64,000 bases of DNA from contig OZ024742.1 of assembly GCA_964016885.1 (NCBI GenBank), positions 352,098,001-352,162,000 on the forward strand. Direction: 5' to 3'. Made by a program: the position numbers and the translations under genes. The stretch comes from Eledone cirrhosa. Lineage: Eukaryota. Below are positions 62,710 through 64,000 of the stretch, one piece after another. Positions within the stretch are counted from its first letter, which is position 1; every line of letters starts with the position of its first letter. The notes beneath the pieces were generated by a model. That model saw nothing but the letters and a program-made list of their open reading frames with translations, was not told where the DNA came from and made no database searches.

Positions 62710-63930
62710 ACTCCAGAAAACATGTCTAGTGCTCTGAATCAGTTATAAAGATTTATATTAGTTGAATTACTAAGAGATTGAATATCCCTTCTGCTTATAC
62801 ATAGTTCCTTAAATGTTGAATACTTTTAATTATAACTGAATGCAAAATAATGGAATTCTTTAAGAATACTTATTCTCTAAAAGATATACCTTTACCTAAA
62901 AATAAGGAATATCTAAAAAGCACATTGGGAAATCTGACTCCTTTATACGAAGACTTAGATGGCGTGCGTTCCATTTTTATAGAAAATCTGATGACAAAAT
63001 AAATAATTCTATTTACAACTTTGATCATATCTTCAAATCTAAGAAGAATCCACCTAACAGCAAACTACTAGCTGAATTTGAGAATGAAGTAGTATCTATT
63101 ATACAAAATATTAAATTAAAAAAAAACAATTTATAGGCCAGGAGTACCTTAAAGGCCTCAATAATAAAATAGACAATCTTGAAAAAACTAAGACGATCCT
63201 CGTAAAATCTGATAAAACTAATAATGTATATGGTATGGAAAAGGACGAATATAATAACCTTATATTGAAAGAATTCAGGAAATACTACAAAATAACATCA
63301 AATGAAGATCTTTCAACGTTAAATAGAGAAGCTTCTGAAATGATTTACAAATTAGGCACCGAAAATCGGACTAAATTTTCTCTATATATTTTGGAATAAA
63401 TCACTCATTAAATTTAACGGTTAACAAACTTTCTCAATTGTACAAACATATACATATTATGTTTGATAATCTATATAACTTCCCTAAATTAACAATACAT
63501 AGAAAACCGAAAATTAACCTGAAGGACCACAAAATAAATTTTGAAATTGAACTACCAGTCAGACTCATCGCACCATCTAAATATGACTTAGGTATAATTA
63601 GCAAACATATATTAAATATAATTATAGCAATACTTAAATTAAAATCACACTTTAAACCATGGAACAGTACTAATGAAGTTATAGATTGGTTCAATAACAT
63701 AAAATTAAAACATAACAAAAAATTCATTCAAATGGATATTGCAAATTATTACTCCTCTATTACCCCTAGTTTCCTCAATAAGACACTTATATACATACAG
63801 ACTTATCTAGTGATGAAGGTAATATCATTCTAACAGCACGTAAAACACTAATTGAAGTTAATAATCATCTCTGGACAAGAGCCAACATAAAAAACAATTT
63901 TGATATCACTACGGGATCATCTGATTCGTT
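62710..63930 (+). pseudogene. PLE ORF N-terminal half (RT), decayed and 3'-truncated
   Basis: YSLKDIP, RRLRWRAF, KSDKTNNVY, LKDHK...RLIAPSK..LG.ISK, WNSTNEVIDWF, FIQMDIANYYSSI, FDITTGSSDS. Confidence 0.85.
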
Positions 63931-64000
63931 GGATTAATTATTAATAATGTATTAATAATTTATTAATAATGTATTAATAATGTTACAATATGTTGCTTTT

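Overview
AT-rich eukaryotic (animal) genomic DNA; the SINE types and dense (TA)n/(CA)n/(GAA)n microsatellites suggest an octopod cephalopod, but this is inference. I recognised no host exon, and most ORF-track entries are microsatellite artefacts. The window is a patchwork of mobile elements, mostly inserted into (TA)n tracts. These are: several decayed Penelope-like elements (PLEs; RT plus C-terminal GIY-YIG, inverted or tandem pseudo-LTRs), a 5'-truncated CR1-group LINE with one nonsense codon, a CRE-like RLE retroelement, RTE remnants, a Chapaev3-type DNA transposon with TIRs and TAA TSD, two Helentron-like elements, tRNA-derived SINEs and a probable solo LTR. The main unexplained signal is RNA structure. 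About a dozen different repeat families carry type I hammerhead ribozyme (HHR) motifs, mostly with palindromic stem III. Many have 40-90 nt structured expansions of stem II. One very young 591-nt non-coding tandem/inverted family (retrozyme-like) uses a compensatory U3-A8 core. A separate conserved bulged hairpin sits a short distance from the 3' end of several other families. All folds were paired by eye; none is computationally or experimentally validated.
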